In this document: positions 7,908 to 18,004 of the stretch, piece after piece
Layout: each line of letters begins with the position of its first letter
How positions within the stretch are numbered: the first letter of the stretch is position 1
Assembly: GCA_030017655.1 (NCBI GenBank)
Contig: JASEIM010000005.1
Span: 32,063-56,062 of the forward strand
Origin: Methanobacterium sp.
GTDB taxonomy: Archaea; Methanobacteriota; Methanobacteria; Methanobacteriales; Methanobacteriaceae
Direction: 5' to 3'
Length of the DNA: 24,000 bases
Made by a program: the position numbers and the translations under genes
Notes under the pieces: model-generated
The model's database searches: none
The model's input: the letters and a program-made list of their open reading frames with translations, nothing else
What the model was told of the DNA's origin: nothing

Positions 7908-8511
7908 TTTTACATCGCCTTACCCTTTCTAGTCTTTTAGTAAACCCTGTCTTCTCCAAAATTTTGTTGATGTCACTTACATCTTTTTCTGCTAATAACA
8001 GGGATCCAAGACCCAGTTTTTCCCTTATATTATCCAGGTTAACCTTTAATTCAAGCCATTCCTTTCCATAATCCTTCAATAGATCCTCAGAAAAGTCATC
8101 AGGAATTGTTCCAAGTCCAAATTCAAGGAAATAATCACCATATGCCGAAAAAGGGGCTATTTTAGGTTTTCCTCTTCCATGGTCAATTGCTTTTTGTCTT
8201 AAAATTTGATTTAATTCACATGGACTGTTATTTACCGGGCATACGCTGTGACAGGTGTAACAGTAAAAACAATTCCAGATTATATCATCTGTAATTAAAT
8301 TTTCATCTTTATCCAGTACTCTTTTAACTATTTCTCTTGGATCGTAGTCTGTGTGTCTTGCTGCTGGACATACTGATGTACACATTCCACACTGAATACA
8401 TTTAAGAAGTCCGAGATTTTCTGACGCTTTTAAGTCTTTAATAATGCTTTCTACAAGTTCAAAGGTATTTTCACCTATTTTAAGAGTATTCATCTCTATT
8501 TTACCTCGCAT
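7888..8511 (-). CDS. hdrC: Heterodisulfide reductase subunit C-like 2x[4Fe-4S] ferredoxin
   Basis: 'CIQCGMCTSVCPAA' and 'CFYCYTCHSVCPV' cluster motifs in an HdrC-sized protein directly upstream of hdrB. An alternative start at the second ATG (8493, 'MNTLKIG') has a GAGGT RBS 9 nt upstream and may be the true start. Confidence 0.8.
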   Translation of the reverse strand: MRGKIEMNTLKIGENTFELVESIIKDLKASENLGLLKCIQCGMCTSVCPAARHTDYDPREIVKRVLDKDENLITDDIIWNCFYCYTCHSVCPVNNSPCELNQILRQKAIDHGRGKPKIAPFSAYGDYFLEFGLGTIPDDFSEDLLKDYGKEWLELKVNLDNIREKLGLGSLLLAEKDVSDINKILEKTGFTKRLERVRRCKNEENTR

Positions 8512-8567
8512 GTAACTGTGACATTATAAAATTGAAAATTTGATCTTATTATAATAGCCCCTTTAAG

Positions 8568-8575
8568 TATATAAA
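8568..8575 (-). promoter_or_regulatory. Candidate TATA box (TTTATATA on the minus strand) for the hdrCBA operon
   Basis: Matches the archaeal TATA consensus and lies 57 nt upstream of the ATG at 8511. AT-rich context, so specificity is low. Confidence 0.3.
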
Positions 8576-8645
8576 TTAAAAACAAAAATCCAAATAAGGG
8601 TCTGTTTAGCCTTTAACATATCATATATCTATAATTACAATTGTT

Positions 8646-8663
8646 ATATAACAATAGTTATAT
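8646..8663. promoter_or_regulatory. Operator-like palindrome ATATAAC-AATA-GTTATAT upstream of hdrC, overlapping a 16-bp perfect palindrome ATTGTTATATAACAAT (8640-8655)
   Basis: Perfect copy of the motif seen at 1144 and 3068. Located in the 222-bp intergenic region upstream of hdrC, about 143 nt from the ATG at 8511. Confidence 0.45.
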
Positions 8664-8733
8664 ATACTTTGCCTTTAAAAGTTTTTCATTAACTTAAATC
8701 TAACAATTTAAAAAATAATAGAAATCCTAAGTA

Positions 8734-9546
8734 TCATTTGCTTTTTTTAATTATCTCTTTTAATTCATTAATTTCTGTCAGCATTTCCTGGCGCATATTT
8801 TCCATTTGAGATTTCATTTCTTCCAATGTTTTGTCAGATTCCTCTTTAGTTTCTTTTTCAATCATAATAGAAGCCAATGAAGCCGTTAATAAACTCATAA
8901 AAAATACACCTGCAATCATTATAATTGCTCCAGTAATTCTACCTCCAACTGAATCTGGACTAATATCCCCATAACCTACAGTGGTAATTGTAACTATAAC
9001 ATACCATAAAGCATCATCAAAGCTGTCAACACTGCCATTTGAGCCATGTTCAAGTAAAAAGAATGATACTGTTCCTGCTGCAAAAATAAATAAAAATATG
9101 ACTGCACCATGAACAATTTGTGTTTTTCGAAGGAAATCCAGAATGTTTTTTTGACCTTTTCTAATAAGTACAAAAACCCTTGCAAGTCTTGCTAATCTCA
9201 TGATCCTTATAAATCTAATAAGGCCTATATAATCAGAAGCAATTACAGCAAGGAAATCTACAGGTACCATAGCAACCATATCAACCCAATTTTTGCGTAT
9301 ATACTTTAATTTACTCTTTTCATTTCGTATTTTAATCATGAACTCAAAAAATAATATAATACAAACAAAAAGGTCAAATTCTATTATTAGATTGCGTATA
9401 GACTGAGGCATGTCAATAAATGTCATTAAAATAATTAAAAACAGATCAGTTATAATCAGGACGATTATAATTGCCTCTATACTCTGCTTAACTTTGTCAT
9501 CAACAGTATCTATGAACTTTAAATGATGCTTAATTTTTTGATTCAT
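8734..9546 (-). CDS. Voltage-gated (6-TM, Kv/KvAP-like) potassium channel
   Basis: S4-like helix with Arg/Lys at every third position ('RFIRIMRLARLARVFVLIRK'). K+ selectivity filter 'TTVGYGD'. Multiple hydrophobic helices and a C-terminal charged coiled-coil-like tail. Confidence 0.85.
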   Translation of the reverse strand: MNQKIKHHLKFIDTVDDKVKQSIEAIIIVLIITDLFLIILMTFIDMPQSIRNLIIEFDLFVCIILFFEFMIKIRNEKSKLKYIRKNWVDMVAMVPVDFLAVIASDYIGLIRFIRIMRLARLARVFVLIRKGQKNILDFLRKTQIVHGAVIFLFIFAAGTVSFFLLEHGSNGSVDSFDDALWYVIVTITTVGYGDISPDSVGGRITGAIIMIAGVFFMSLLTASLASIMIEKETKEESDKTLEEMKSQMENMRQEMLTEINELKEIIKKSK

Positions 9547-9581
9547 ATAATCAGTATATTTTTATTAATTAAAAAATAACA

Positions 9582-10784
9582 TTATTTACTTTTTTCTCTT
9601 GCAAAAAGGCACTCTGCAGTTTCAATCAATTTTTTATCATCATTTTCCGCTGCATTTTTAATATTTCTTATAACATCAGAGAATATTTTATCAACAACTA
9701 CATTTGTAAGGTCATCAATGATTTTCTCTTTACCGTTCATGTCTCCAAGCATTCTAACTGCCTTTTCAGTTTCCTGTACCCTTATTTTCTCAGCATTTTG
9801 CCTTATATCAGAAATAAGAGATTCGACTTCAAGATGCTTCAATGATTTTTTTAAAAGTAACAATTCTTCCTCAATGATTTTTTCAGCTTCTTTAGCTTCA
9901 GATTCTCTCATTTTCCTATTTTTATCGGCTATACCCCTTAAATCATCTATATTAAATAATTTAATTCCTAATTCCTTAACATTTTCCTCAATATCCCTTG
10001 GATTTGCAATATCCACCATCACCATCTTATTACATTTTTGGGGGGAAACTGACTTCTTCACTTTTTCATAGGTTAAAATGTGGTGAGGCGCACCTGTAGC
10101 ACTTATTATGACGTCTGCATCAGCCATAGCTTCATCGAGCCTGTCAAAATGTATTGCAGACCCTCCAAGTTCTCTTGCAAGACATGTTGCCCTATCATAT
10201 GTTCTGTTCGCTACAACTATTGCTTTAAGGTGTTTTTCAACCAGTGCTTTTGCAACGAGAGTTCCCATTTTTCCCGCACCTATCACAAGGACTTTTTTGC
10301 ATTTTAAATCCCCATGTACTGATTCTGCAAGTTCAACAGCAGCAGAACCTATAGAAATAGATCCTTTATTAATATTTGTCCTTTTTCTTACAGATTGACC
10401 AACATGAATGGCTTTTGTAAAAACGGTTTTTAAAATATCCCCAGCATATCCTTCAGATAAACTTTTTTTCCGAGCATCCTTTATCTGCCCCAATATTTGA
10501 TCTTCACCTATTATCATGGATTCTAATCCGCAAGAAAGCCTTAAAAGATGTCTAAGTGCATCGTCGTCAGTTTCTACTATAAAATTCTCAATATTAAAAT
10601 CATCAAGATTACAATCATTCAAAATTAGATATAATTCAGACCGATTACATGTCTTTATCTCCAGATATTCCTGAATATGGTGATTATTAGAAATATCTTC
10701 AAATAATTTGTCCATTTCATGAGTGGACTTTTCTATTTTGCTGATATCGGCCGTAGTATGATCGATTCTGATATTTAGAATCAC
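9582..10784 (-). CDS. hemA: Glutamyl-tRNA reductase
   Basis: '[10 protein letters not shown]' (catalytic Cys motif TCNR), '[15 protein letters not shown]', and the NADPH fold '[18 protein letters not shown]'. The start is GTG at 10784 (the sequence reads GTGATTCTAAAT) with a GGGG RBS upstream. Confidence 0.92.
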   Translation of the reverse strand: MILNIRIDHTTADISKIEKSTHEMDKLFEDISNNHHIQEYLEIKTCNRSELYLILNDCNLDDFNIENFIVETDDDALRHLLRLSCGLESMIIGEDQILGQIKDARKKSLSEGYAGDILKTVFTKAIHVGQSVRKRTNINKGSISIGSAAVELAESVHGDLKCKKVLVIGAGKMGTLVAKALVEKHLKAIVVANRTYDRATCLARELGGSAIHFDRLDEAMADADVIISATGAPHHILTYEKVKKSVSPQKCNKMVMVDIANPRDIEENVKELGIKLFNIDDLRGIADKNRKMRESEAKEAEKIIEEELLLLKKSLKHLEVESLISDIRQNAEKIRVQETEKAVRMLGDMNGKEKIIDDLTNVVVDKIFSDVIRNIKNAAENDDKKLIETAECLFAREKSK

Positions 10785-10842
10785 ATTATCCCCTCAAATA
10801 TTATATAGAGACTCCAAAAACCAGGAATTTACAGCGAAAAAT

Positions 10843-11457
10843 CTAAAGATCTAATTTTTGTCTGACATGCTTTTTGGCATCCTCAATGTTTCCCGCTTTT
10901 ATATATTCCCCTATGATTTCATCATTTAGAACTTCATATAGATAAGTTCTACGTTTTTTTTGATCTTCAATTTTTTCTTTTAAAATATTCCTCGTAAAAT
11001 CCTGAATTTCCAGCTGCATGATATCTTCAAGAGTTATTATCTTTTGTATCCTTTTCCGTAACTCTTTTGCCATAAGAGGGCTCTTTCCACCTGTAAAAAT
11101 GGATATTTGGACATCCCCTATAGAAAATGACGATGGAACAATCAGATTACCATTATCAGGAAAATCTGCCCGATTCAGAAGTTTATCTTTAGCAAGCTCA
11201 GCAACATGATCATTCAATTCCTGGTTATTTGTAGCCACTATCACAATATCTGACCAATCTACCCATTTTTTAACTTCCTCTTGAGGCTTAGAAATTACTC
11301 CAAGCTCAATAAGATCTTTTGAAATATTTCTTCCAATTATTACAACATTTGCTCCGGCTTCTGCAAATCTTCTGGCCCTTCTATCTCCAACTTCCCCTGC
11401 ACCCACAATTAAAACATTCTTATTATTCATTTGCAGGATTAGAAGTGTCCAGCCCAT
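10843..11457 (-). CDS. sirC: Precorrin-2 dehydrogenase / sirohydrochlorin-forming siroheme synthase N-terminal-domain homologue
   Basis: '[30 protein letters not shown]' Rossmann fold and '[20 protein letters not shown]' (the family motif 'istgGkSP.la..lr'). Adjacent to hemA. GGAG RBS 7 nt upstream of the ATG at 11457. Confidence 0.8.
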   Translation of the reverse strand: MGWTLLILQMNNKNVLIVGAGEVGDRRARRFAEAGANVVIIGRNISKDLIELGVISKPQEEVKKWVDWSDIVIVATNNQELNDHVAELAKDKLLNRADFPDNGNLIVPSSFSIGDVQISIFTGGKSPLMAKELRKRIQKIITLEDIMQLEIQDFTRNILKEKIEDQKKRRTYLYEVLNDEIIGEYIKAGNIEDAKKHVRQKLDL

Positions 11458-11566
11458 TTTAAAGCTCCATTGTTTATAAATTATTGAAATACTTGTTATT
11501 AAAAATATAATGATTTTAAAATATAAAAATAAAGCTAATAATAGCTTTTATATTGATTTATGAAAT

Positions 11567-12046
<480 letters not shown>

Positions 12047-12050
12047 TTTA

Positions 12051-12289
12051 TTCCTCCAAAAAATCTTTGATTTTTTGTGGTCCCAAAACCTTTGGTTTTG
12101 AAGACCTCCAAATTTTTCAAAATTGAAAATTTTGAACCGACAAAAACTTCGTTTTTGTCAGTTCGATTTGGGTTTCGAAAAAATCTGTCAAAATTCAGAG
12201 AATTTTGACGCACGAGAAACTGATTTTCTCTGCCCCAAACATGAAATGTTCGAAGGCAACAAAAATCAAAGATTTTTTTTATGCTTCGA
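12051..12289. other. TA-dinucleotide-free, palindrome-dense element (candidate structured leader, intercistronic RNA or ncRNA)
   Basis: I found no TA between 12051 and 12279 by base-by-base reading. Perfect hairpins/palindromes: 12058-12076 (8 bp, loop TTT), 12084-12100 (7 bp, TTT), 12134-12164 (13 bp with one mismatch, loop TTC), 12187-12209 (10 bp, AGA), 12214-12230 (6 bp), 12238-12250 (5 bp, GAA), and 12250-12289 (outer 6 bp enclosing 12261-12277, 7 bp, loop AAA). Confidence 0.5.
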
Positions 12290-12341
12290 TTTTTCTCAAC
12301 TCCGAATTACTTAAATAACTGTAAATGACTGAAGATGAGTC

Positions 12342-13937
12342 TTATTCTTCAGTAAGCATCTTTTTTTTCTCTGTAGGTGTGAGATCTTCTACTATAGACT
12401 CTGGATCTCCTTCTTTTAAGATTTTCCCCCCTCTCATAAGGGCTGCCCTATCACAAACATCAAGTACAAAATCCATGTCATGTGATATTATAAGGAAAGT
12501 CTGGTTTAATTCGTCTCTCGCCTTTCTTATGGAATCTGTGACCTGGACTCTTGTTATTGGGTCCATTGTTCCTGTAGGTTCATCAAGAATTACTATATTT
12601 GGCTCTTTAATTAGAACCTGAGCTAAAGCTACTCTATGACGTTCTCCACCACTTAGTTCATCAGGATATTTAGTTAAAAGACTTTCAGCATATTCTTCAT
12701 CAAAACCAACCGCTCTAAGTACGTATATTGCTTTCATTTTTGCAAATTCTGCAGGCAATTCTAAACTTATTGCCTCAGTTAAATTTCCCAGAACAGTTCT
12801 ATGAGGATAAAGACTGTATTCTTGATGAAGAATGCCTAAATAAGGCTTAATTCTTCCTCTTCCAAACGGACCGGATTCTGTCATATCCACCCAATCATCC
12901 CCAAGTTTTACAACTATATCACCAGTACTTGGTTCTGTTAATCCATAAAGAATTCTTGAAAGAGTTGTTTTACCAGCTCCACTTAAACCAACAATACCAA
13001 AAATCTCTCCTTCATCAACTAAAAGGTCTATGCCATCCACAGCTTTCACTACACCCCGTTCTATGGAGTAATAATGCTTTTTGACATTGTTCATCTTGAT
13101 CATTGGCCCTCCTGTCTGATAATCATTTCTTTTTTCAGGAAGAGGTACCTGATCTAAGAATCTTTTTACAACAGATTCTGGATCTCCTTCATCAATAACT
13201 TCGCCTTTTTCTAACCAAATTACATAATCTGAAAGTTTTCTCATAACTTCTGGCCAGTGAGAAGTAATGATCATTGTTGTGCCTTTTTCTTTTACACCTT
13301 CTAGCAGTGCCTGATGTATAAGCTCTGCAGTTTTAGGATCAAGAGTACCCGTAGGTTCATCTGCTAAAAAAATCATAGGTTCTTTTGCTATTTGTCTTGC
13401 TAGAACCACCCTTTGCTTTTCCCCACCACTCAAATCTCTTGCAATGTGAGTTATCCTATGGGTCATCTGGGTCATTTCAAGAAGATCTATAGCCATATAC
13501 ATACTTTCTTCTTCATCATGATGGTCAATTGACTTTAAAACGTTGTCAATTACGCTGTCATCTTCATAGAGGGCAAATGTCCGTTGAAGCATGATAGAAA
13601 TCCTTCTTCTAATTGCAGCAAATGTTTTTCTATCTGTATTCCAGAGATCAACACGTTTTGCTTCGAATTCCCCCCCACATGCACATTTCTGTCCTACTTT
13701 TGATGGGGCGTCAACTAAAACACATTCTGGACATATTGCAATATTATAAATTACTTTACCATTATCTGGCTTGTATTCCTTCATTCCACGGAGCATATTT
13801 ATTAGTACGGATTTCCCAGCGCCGCTTCTACCTAAAATACCAAGTACACTGCCTTCATTTATGGTTATATTCAAATTTTTTAAAACAGCTACGTCATTAA
13901 ATGTTTTAGTGACATTTTCTAATTCTATAAAAGACAT
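12342..13937 (-). CDS. atwA: Methyl-coenzyme M reductase system component A2 (tandem ABC ATPase)
   Basis: Two ABC nucleotide-binding domains with Walker A 'GRSGAGKS' and 'GLSGAGKT', signatures 'LSGGEKQRV' and 'LSGGERHRV', and Walker B 'IFLADEPTG' and 'IVILDEPTG'. A Cys-rich insert '[24 protein letters not shown]' in NBD1 is typical of A2. RBS GGGTGA lies upstream of the ATG at 13937. Confidence 0.88.
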   Translation of the reverse strand: MSFIELENVTKTFNDVAVLKNLNITINEGSVLGILGRSGAGKSVLINMLRGMKEYKPDNGKVIYNIAICPECVLVDAPSKVGQKCACGGEFEAKRVDLWNTDRKTFAAIRRRISIMLQRTFALYEDDSVIDNVLKSIDHHDEEESMYMAIDLLEMTQMTHRITHIARDLSGGEKQRVVLARQIAKEPMIFLADEPTGTLDPKTAELIHQALLEGVKEKGTTMIITSHWPEVMRKLSDYVIWLEKGEVIDEGDPESVVKRFLDQVPLPEKRNDYQTGGPMIKMNNVKKHYYSIERGVVKAVDGIDLLVDEGEIFGIVGLSGAGKTTLSRILYGLTEPSTGDIVVKLGDDWVDMTESGPFGRGRIKPYLGILHQEYSLYPHRTVLGNLTEAISLELPAEFAKMKAIYVLRAVGFDEEYAESLLTKYPDELSGGERHRVALAQVLIKEPNIVILDEPTGTMDPITRVQVTDSIRKARDELNQTFLIISHDMDFVLDVCDRAALMRGGKILKEGDPESIVEDLTPTEKKKMLTEE

Positions 13938-14023
13938 TAAATCACCCTTGGAATTATTTTGAAATAAATATATTATAATTATATATGTTCGTGACCTTTA
14001 TATTAAAAATTTTTATAAATAAT

Positions 14024-14734
14024 TTACACCAAGGATAGGTCAAATGAAAGACGACCATTCATTGCAGCCCGGGCTAATGATATCCCATCTGCGCCTGCAT
14101 AAATCATATCCTGCGCCGATTTAAGATCACGGATAGAATTGTTGCCTATTAAAAATATTTCCGTGTTTTCTTTAATCTTTTTGATAATATTAAGATCTGC
14201 ATGGTTAAATCCTGGCTTCATGGCATCTACATGCAAATAATCTGCTCCAGCTTCTTCAATAACCTTTGAAATTTCAATATCGTCCACATTTTCTATATTT
14301 GCTCTTATCTTAACAGATACTTTGCTTTGAGCTCTTTTAACCACATTTCTTGTAAAATCATGTAATTTTTCAATGTCATGTAAAAGAGCCTGTCCACAGC
14401 CTATATCTGTTATTTCCGGCTGCCTACAATGGGCATTTATTTCAACCACATCAATTTCATTAATTTTTGATATTTCAATGACCTGATCTGGGGATGTTGA
14501 ACGCAGATTTACTGAAACTTTCCCTTCCCATTCATCTTTAATAATAGTCGATTCTCTTTTTATTGTAGAAATGATATTTTCCTCTTTTATATCAAATTCC
14601 GGCCTGCCCCGTCGAATAATACTTTGACCAGCATTTATAGTTTCCTTATCTACGTTATAGCCCCCAATGGTCACCATATCAAACCCGTATTTGCTCATTT
14701 TTTTGCAAAAAGTTCCGTCTGTTATTCCCGCCAT
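14024..14734 (-). CDS. Dus/NifR3-related FMN-type TIM-barrel protein (short archaeal family, function unknown)
   Basis: Starts with the Dus signature '(LAP)MAGITDGTFC'. The upstream in-frame codons read F-I-E-V-L-A-P, so an unusual upstream start cannot be excluded. Alternating beta/alpha pattern with 'VEINAHCRQPE', 'YLHVDAM' and 'GADGISLARAA', which are typical of Dus-like barrels. Confidence 0.7.
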   Translation of the reverse strand: MAGITDGTFCKKMSKYGFDMVTIGGYNVDKETINAGQSIIRRGRPEFDIKEENIISTIKRESTIIKDEWEGKVSVNLRSTSPDQVIEISKINEIDVVEINAHCRQPEITDIGCGQALLHDIEKLHDFTRNVVKRAQSKVSVKIRANIENVDDIEISKVIEEAGADYLHVDAMKPGFNHADLNIIKKIKENTEIFLIGNNSIRDLKSAQDMIYAGADGISLARAAMNGRLSFDLSLV

Positions 14735-14839
14735 TGGCGCTAAAACTTCAATAAATCAACCCCATGATCTTAAAATATTTAATAATGGTAATAATTCAAA
14801 TCAGTGTTTATGAAATTATATATAAATAAAGTAAAATAT

Positions 14840-15595
14840 TTATTCTTTCATAACATGGACAAGATCGTAAGTAAACCCGCCCCTTATCTCTTCAAGAGCC
14901 AGATCTGCCAGATTAGCAGCTTTTTCGGCTGTTGGAGCTTTTCCAACCCCTGCTTTGAGTGCTATGTTTGTTTCATCCTCAATTTCTTCAATTATTTTTA
15001 AAAGTCCTTCAGGCTTAAGTCCGTTGCATGGGGACATGAAATTATCTCCACCTATAAAGAAGAGAAGTGATCCTTTTTCTATTAATTTTTTCATTAAAAA
15101 GTGCTGGACTCTATTTACAATAAAAGAAGTATCATAAGCAGGAATAATGTCAGTTAAAGAATCAGTAATTCCATTTATATCAATGTGTGCAATTTGAACA
15201 AAGCTATCTTCTTTGTTTACAAGACCCTCTATAGCCAGAACCTCGCTACGTTCTTCGGATTGTGCACCACCATAATTTTGAAGTGCTGCTGTAGCATCTC
15301 TTTGGGCTTCATAGGGTGTTTCAGCAGCCCCTACACCCATACTTACTGTAATTGGATATCTATTACCTATTGAACGCTGTATTCTCATGTGATCTTCCAT
15401 TTCGACATTATTAGTTATTGCAAGCATGTTATCAAAGCGGGTGAAAAAAACTAGTCCTCCTTTGGCTGCAAATTGTCTCTGAAGATCTGCATAAAGTTCT
15501 GCCTGTAAAATCTGTAAATCTGCTTCGGCCCTTGGTGTTGGAGTAACGGTCCAGGGCCCATAATTATCAATCTGAATTAAAGTCATCTGTATCAT
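14840..15595 (-). CDS. gch3: GTP cyclohydrolase III (archaeal riboflavin/F420 precursor pathway)
   Basis: '[26 protein letters not shown]...F....GL.F.TRFDN.LAITN' and '[13 protein letters not shown]' closely follow the MJ0145-type enzyme as I recall it. There is a 4-nt ATGA overlap with cofD. Confidence 0.88.
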   Translation of the reverse strand: MIQMTLIQIDNYGPWTVTPTPRAEADLQILQAELYADLQRQFAAKGGLVFFTRFDNMLAITNNVEMEDHMRIQRSIGNRYPITVSMGVGAAETPYEAQRDATAALQNYGGAQSEERSEVLAIEGLVNKEDSFVQIAHIDINGITDSLTDIIPAYDTSFIVNRVQHFLMKKLIEKGSLLFFIGGDNFMSPCNGLKPEGLLKIIEEIEDETNIALKAGVGKAPTAEKAANLADLALEEIRGGFTYDLVHVMKE

Positions 15596-16497
15596 AAAAT
15601 TTCACCCAAAACAATTCTGGCTAACATCACTTTATCATCCATAGTCTTCATGTTTGTGTTTGTTGTCATAACATCAGATATTAGTTTTTCTATTTTTTTC
15701 TTGGATCCTTCATCTTCATTATCTATAATAAACCTGTCCATAAATTCCTGATAAATATTTGCAATTCCAGTGCAGGATACTTCAAAACCCTTAGCATTCA
15801 TAAATTTTGCAGCAGGACCGCTTACGGGATTCTTCCCAATAATAGGAGATACCGCCACAACATATACTTTTTTAAGGACTTCTTTAACTCCTTCCATTGA
15901 AATTATTGGCCCTATAGATGTAATTGGATTAGAAGGCCCTATAATAACCATATCTGACGATTCAATTGTTCTAATTAAATTAGTTGATGGTTCAACTTCA
16001 TTATATATAATATCTTCTACTTCAGGATTTCCTTTTTCTTCAACCAAAAATTTATGAAAACTCATCTCGCCCTTATCTGTAATGATCTTTATATTTGATT
16101 GCTCATCACTCATGGGAATAATTTTCGATTTAATACCTAAATTCTTTCTCTGGATATCTACAACCTTAGAAAGAGGATATTTATCCATTAATAAAGTTTT
16201 TTGGATTTTAAAGGCCCTATCTTTATCTCCAATCCTTAAGATTTCATTATATCCAATTTTTTTTAATGTTTCATGTGTTATGAATGTATCATCATGGATG
16301 CCATACCATGTTTCTTCATTTATCATTCCTGCAAGGGTATACATCACAGTATCTATATCCGGTGCTATGTAATTTCCAGATATATATGTATTTTCAACAG
16401 TATTTACAATTACATTAATATCTTCAGGATCAATGATCTTAATTATTCCCTGAATTAATTTTGGAGTACCTGTTCCACCAGAAAGTATGGATATCAT
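15592..16497 (-). CDS. cofD: 2-phospho-L-lactate transferase (LPPG:FO transferase, F420 biosynthesis)
   Basis: '[16 protein letters not shown]' N-terminal motif, '[13 protein letters not shown]', CofD size (301 aa), and a position adjacent to cofE. Confidence 0.88.
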   Translation of the reverse strand: MISILSGGTGTPKLIQGIIKIIDPEDINVIVNTVENTYISGNYIAPDIDTVMYTLAGMINEETWYGIHDDTFITHETLKKIGYNEILRIGDKDRAFKIQKTLLMDKYPLSKVVDIQRKNLGIKSKIIPMSDEQSNIKIITDKGEMSFHKFLVEEKGNPEVEDIIYNEVEPSTNLIRTIESSDMVIIGPSNPITSIGPIISMEGVKEVLKKVYVVAVSPIIGKNPVSGPAAKFMNAKGFEVSCTGIANIYQEFMDRFIIDNEDEGSKKKIEKLISDVMTTNTNMKTMDDKVMLARIVLGEIL

Positions 16498-16528
16498 ATA
16501 ATCCCTTAAATATATTAATTAAATTAAG

Positions 16529-17290
16529 CTATCTAAACACGTCGTGTTTTTTAGATCTTACCAAATCCTTTGAAGTGGCTTCATTATTTTTTAATCTTTT
16601 GGTGTATTCAACACCCTTTATTAAAACAACAGGTATTCCCTCATCAGCCTGACCCATTAAAATCGATGCTGCTCCCGCTAATTCATCTGCAACTGCTATA
16701 CTTGTTGTTTGAAGTTCTCTTCCATAAAGATCTTTTTCTCCTTTCCTATCCCATAACGGATTCATGCCCGATATTCCAACTGCAGTTCCAATAGCTCCTT
16801 CTCTAAAGGCTCTTCCCTGAGTATCAGATATTATAACAACAATCTCTTTACTGGTCGCTTTTTCTATACTTTCCCTAGTTAAAGCAGCACTCCTATCAGG
16901 ATCGGCAGGAATTGGAGTTGCAAGCCCATCATCAACATTTGATTCATCTATACCTGCATTAGCACATACAAATCCATGTTTTGTTTCTGAAATTATAAAA
17001 TCAGGCCCAACTTTTATTATTTCGTTTGATTCCTGAATTATAGCCTCAACAAGGCGTGGATCTTTTCCTGTTTTATCTGCAAGTTCCTTAGCTTTGAGAC
17101 TGGGTTTAATGGAATCCAGATCAACTATATTCCCTTCTGCTTTTGCAATTATAGTTTCAGCTATTACAAAAACATCGCCGTCTTCAATCTCAATATTCTC
17201 TTTATCTATTGCATTTAATATTAAATCTGCAATATCATCCCCTTCGTTTATTAAAGGGATACTTCTAATTCCAATAAGTCTAATTTCCAT
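16529..17290 (-). CDS. cofE: Coenzyme F420-0:L-glutamate ligase
   Basis: '[13 protein letters not shown]', '[16 protein letters not shown]', '[17 protein letters not shown]' and '[15 protein letters not shown]' are CofE signature segments. RBS GGTGA. Confidence 0.88.
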   Translation of the reverse strand: MEIRLIGIRSIPLINEGDDIADLILNAIDKENIEIEDGDVFVIAETIIAKAEGNIVDLDSIKPSLKAKELADKTGKDPRLVEAIIQESNEIIKVGPDFIISETKHGFVCANAGIDESNVDDGLATPIPADPDRSAALTRESIEKATSKEIVVIISDTQGRAFREGAIGTAVGISGMNPLWDRKGEKDLYGRELQTTSIAVADELAGAASILMGQADEGIPVVLIKGVEYTKRLKNNEATSKDLVRSKKHDVFR

Positions 17291-17317
17291 TAATTCACCT
17301 AAAAAGATAAGATAAAG

Positions 17318-17920
17318 TTATAGGGAAGCAATCTTCCATTCTTTATCTGCAAATGCCGCCACTGAATCAACGGGGTTGGTGAATTTTTCAAATTCTCCAC
17401 CATCAAATATGAATTGAGCAGCCTCATCTGCATTGCTACAAATAAATTCAACATAATTGGGCTTTATATGTTCATATGTGGAGATATATGAGCATTCACC
17501 AGTATTAACCTTCTCAACAATGACACTTTCCTTAGTAACTATTCCTATATATGACTCCCCTTCCAAAGTTGTTGCTCCGGCAATACGAGGAGTATTAAAA
17601 TCATCTTTCTCATAATCCATAGTAAGTAATGTTAATGCAATTGAATCCCTAATATCCATTCCAGAAGCAATTTTTTCTGCAATTATATCCGTATGAGCCC
17701 CATTTGAGACCACTGCAACATCATCAACTATCCTTATACAGTTATAAGCAATATAAGGGTTTTTAAAGACATCAGTCTCATGCCCTTCTTTAGGTACAAT
17801 TGCTGCCCTATCTTCAAAAGTTTTCACCATCCTATTTGGGAAAGATCGGCTTGAAACCCTGTATGCAACGAAATTTCCCTTTTCTGTACATCCTACCGCT
17901 AATATTCTTCCAAGATACAT
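17318..17920 (-). CDS. purO: Archaeal IMP cyclohydrolase
   Basis: '[10 protein letters not shown]....G...[12 protein letters not shown]' N-terminus and ~200-aa size are characteristic of PurO. RBS GAGGTGA. Confidence 0.85.
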   Translation of the reverse strand: MYLGRILAVGCTEKGNFVAYRVSSRSFPNRMVKTFEDRAAIVPKEGHETDVFKNPYIAYNCIRIVDDVAVVSNGAHTDIIAEKIASGMDIRDSIALTLLTMDYEKDDFNTPRIAGATTLEGESYIGIVTKESVIVEKVNTGECSYISTYEHIKPNYVEFICSNADEAAQFIFDGGEFEKFTNPVDSVAAFADKEWKIASL

Positions 17921-18004
17921 TTTTTCACCTCTGAATATAATATTAATTAAAGTGATTCAAAACATTGTATGACCTAAGAGCTAAACTAACTTTATTTTAA
18001 ATTT

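Noticed and set aside
8994-11209. ORFs 8994-9185 (-), 9718-10071, 10080-10307, 10108-10398 and 11018-11209 (+) inside the channel, hemA and sirC genes
   Set aside because: They are out-of-frame or antisense to well-supported genes and yield low-complexity peptides.
12051-12289. Replication origin (ORB/mini-ORB array), C/D-box sRNA, or MITE as explanations for the palindrome array
   Set aside because: Origin: there is no cdc6/orc1 nearby, no AT-rich unwinding element (the region is less AT/TA-rich than its surroundings), and the repeats do not match the ORB consensus I remember. C/D box: there is no TGATGA C-box on either strand. MITE: the 'terminal' inverted repeats (12058-12076 versus 12261-12277) are each self-palindromic, and I see no target-site duplication. 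A repeated or mobile origin cannot be excluded without a genome-wide search.
12328-12353. 8-bp hairpin ACTGAAGA...TCTTCAGT spanning the atwA stop codon, considered as a terminator
   Set aside because: On the transcribed (minus) strand it is not followed by an oligo-U tract, which is the main archaeal termination signal, and half of the stem is coding. It is recorded only as part of the structured spacer.
12325-17315. Plus-strand ORFs 12325-12621, 13613-13900, 13771-13962, 14804-15001, 14955-15137, 15185-15373, 15770-16057, 16082-16372, 16273-16458, 16461-16652, 16570-16794 and 17094-17315
   Set aside because: All are antisense to atwA, gch3, cofD or cofE, whose identity is clear. None has independent support.
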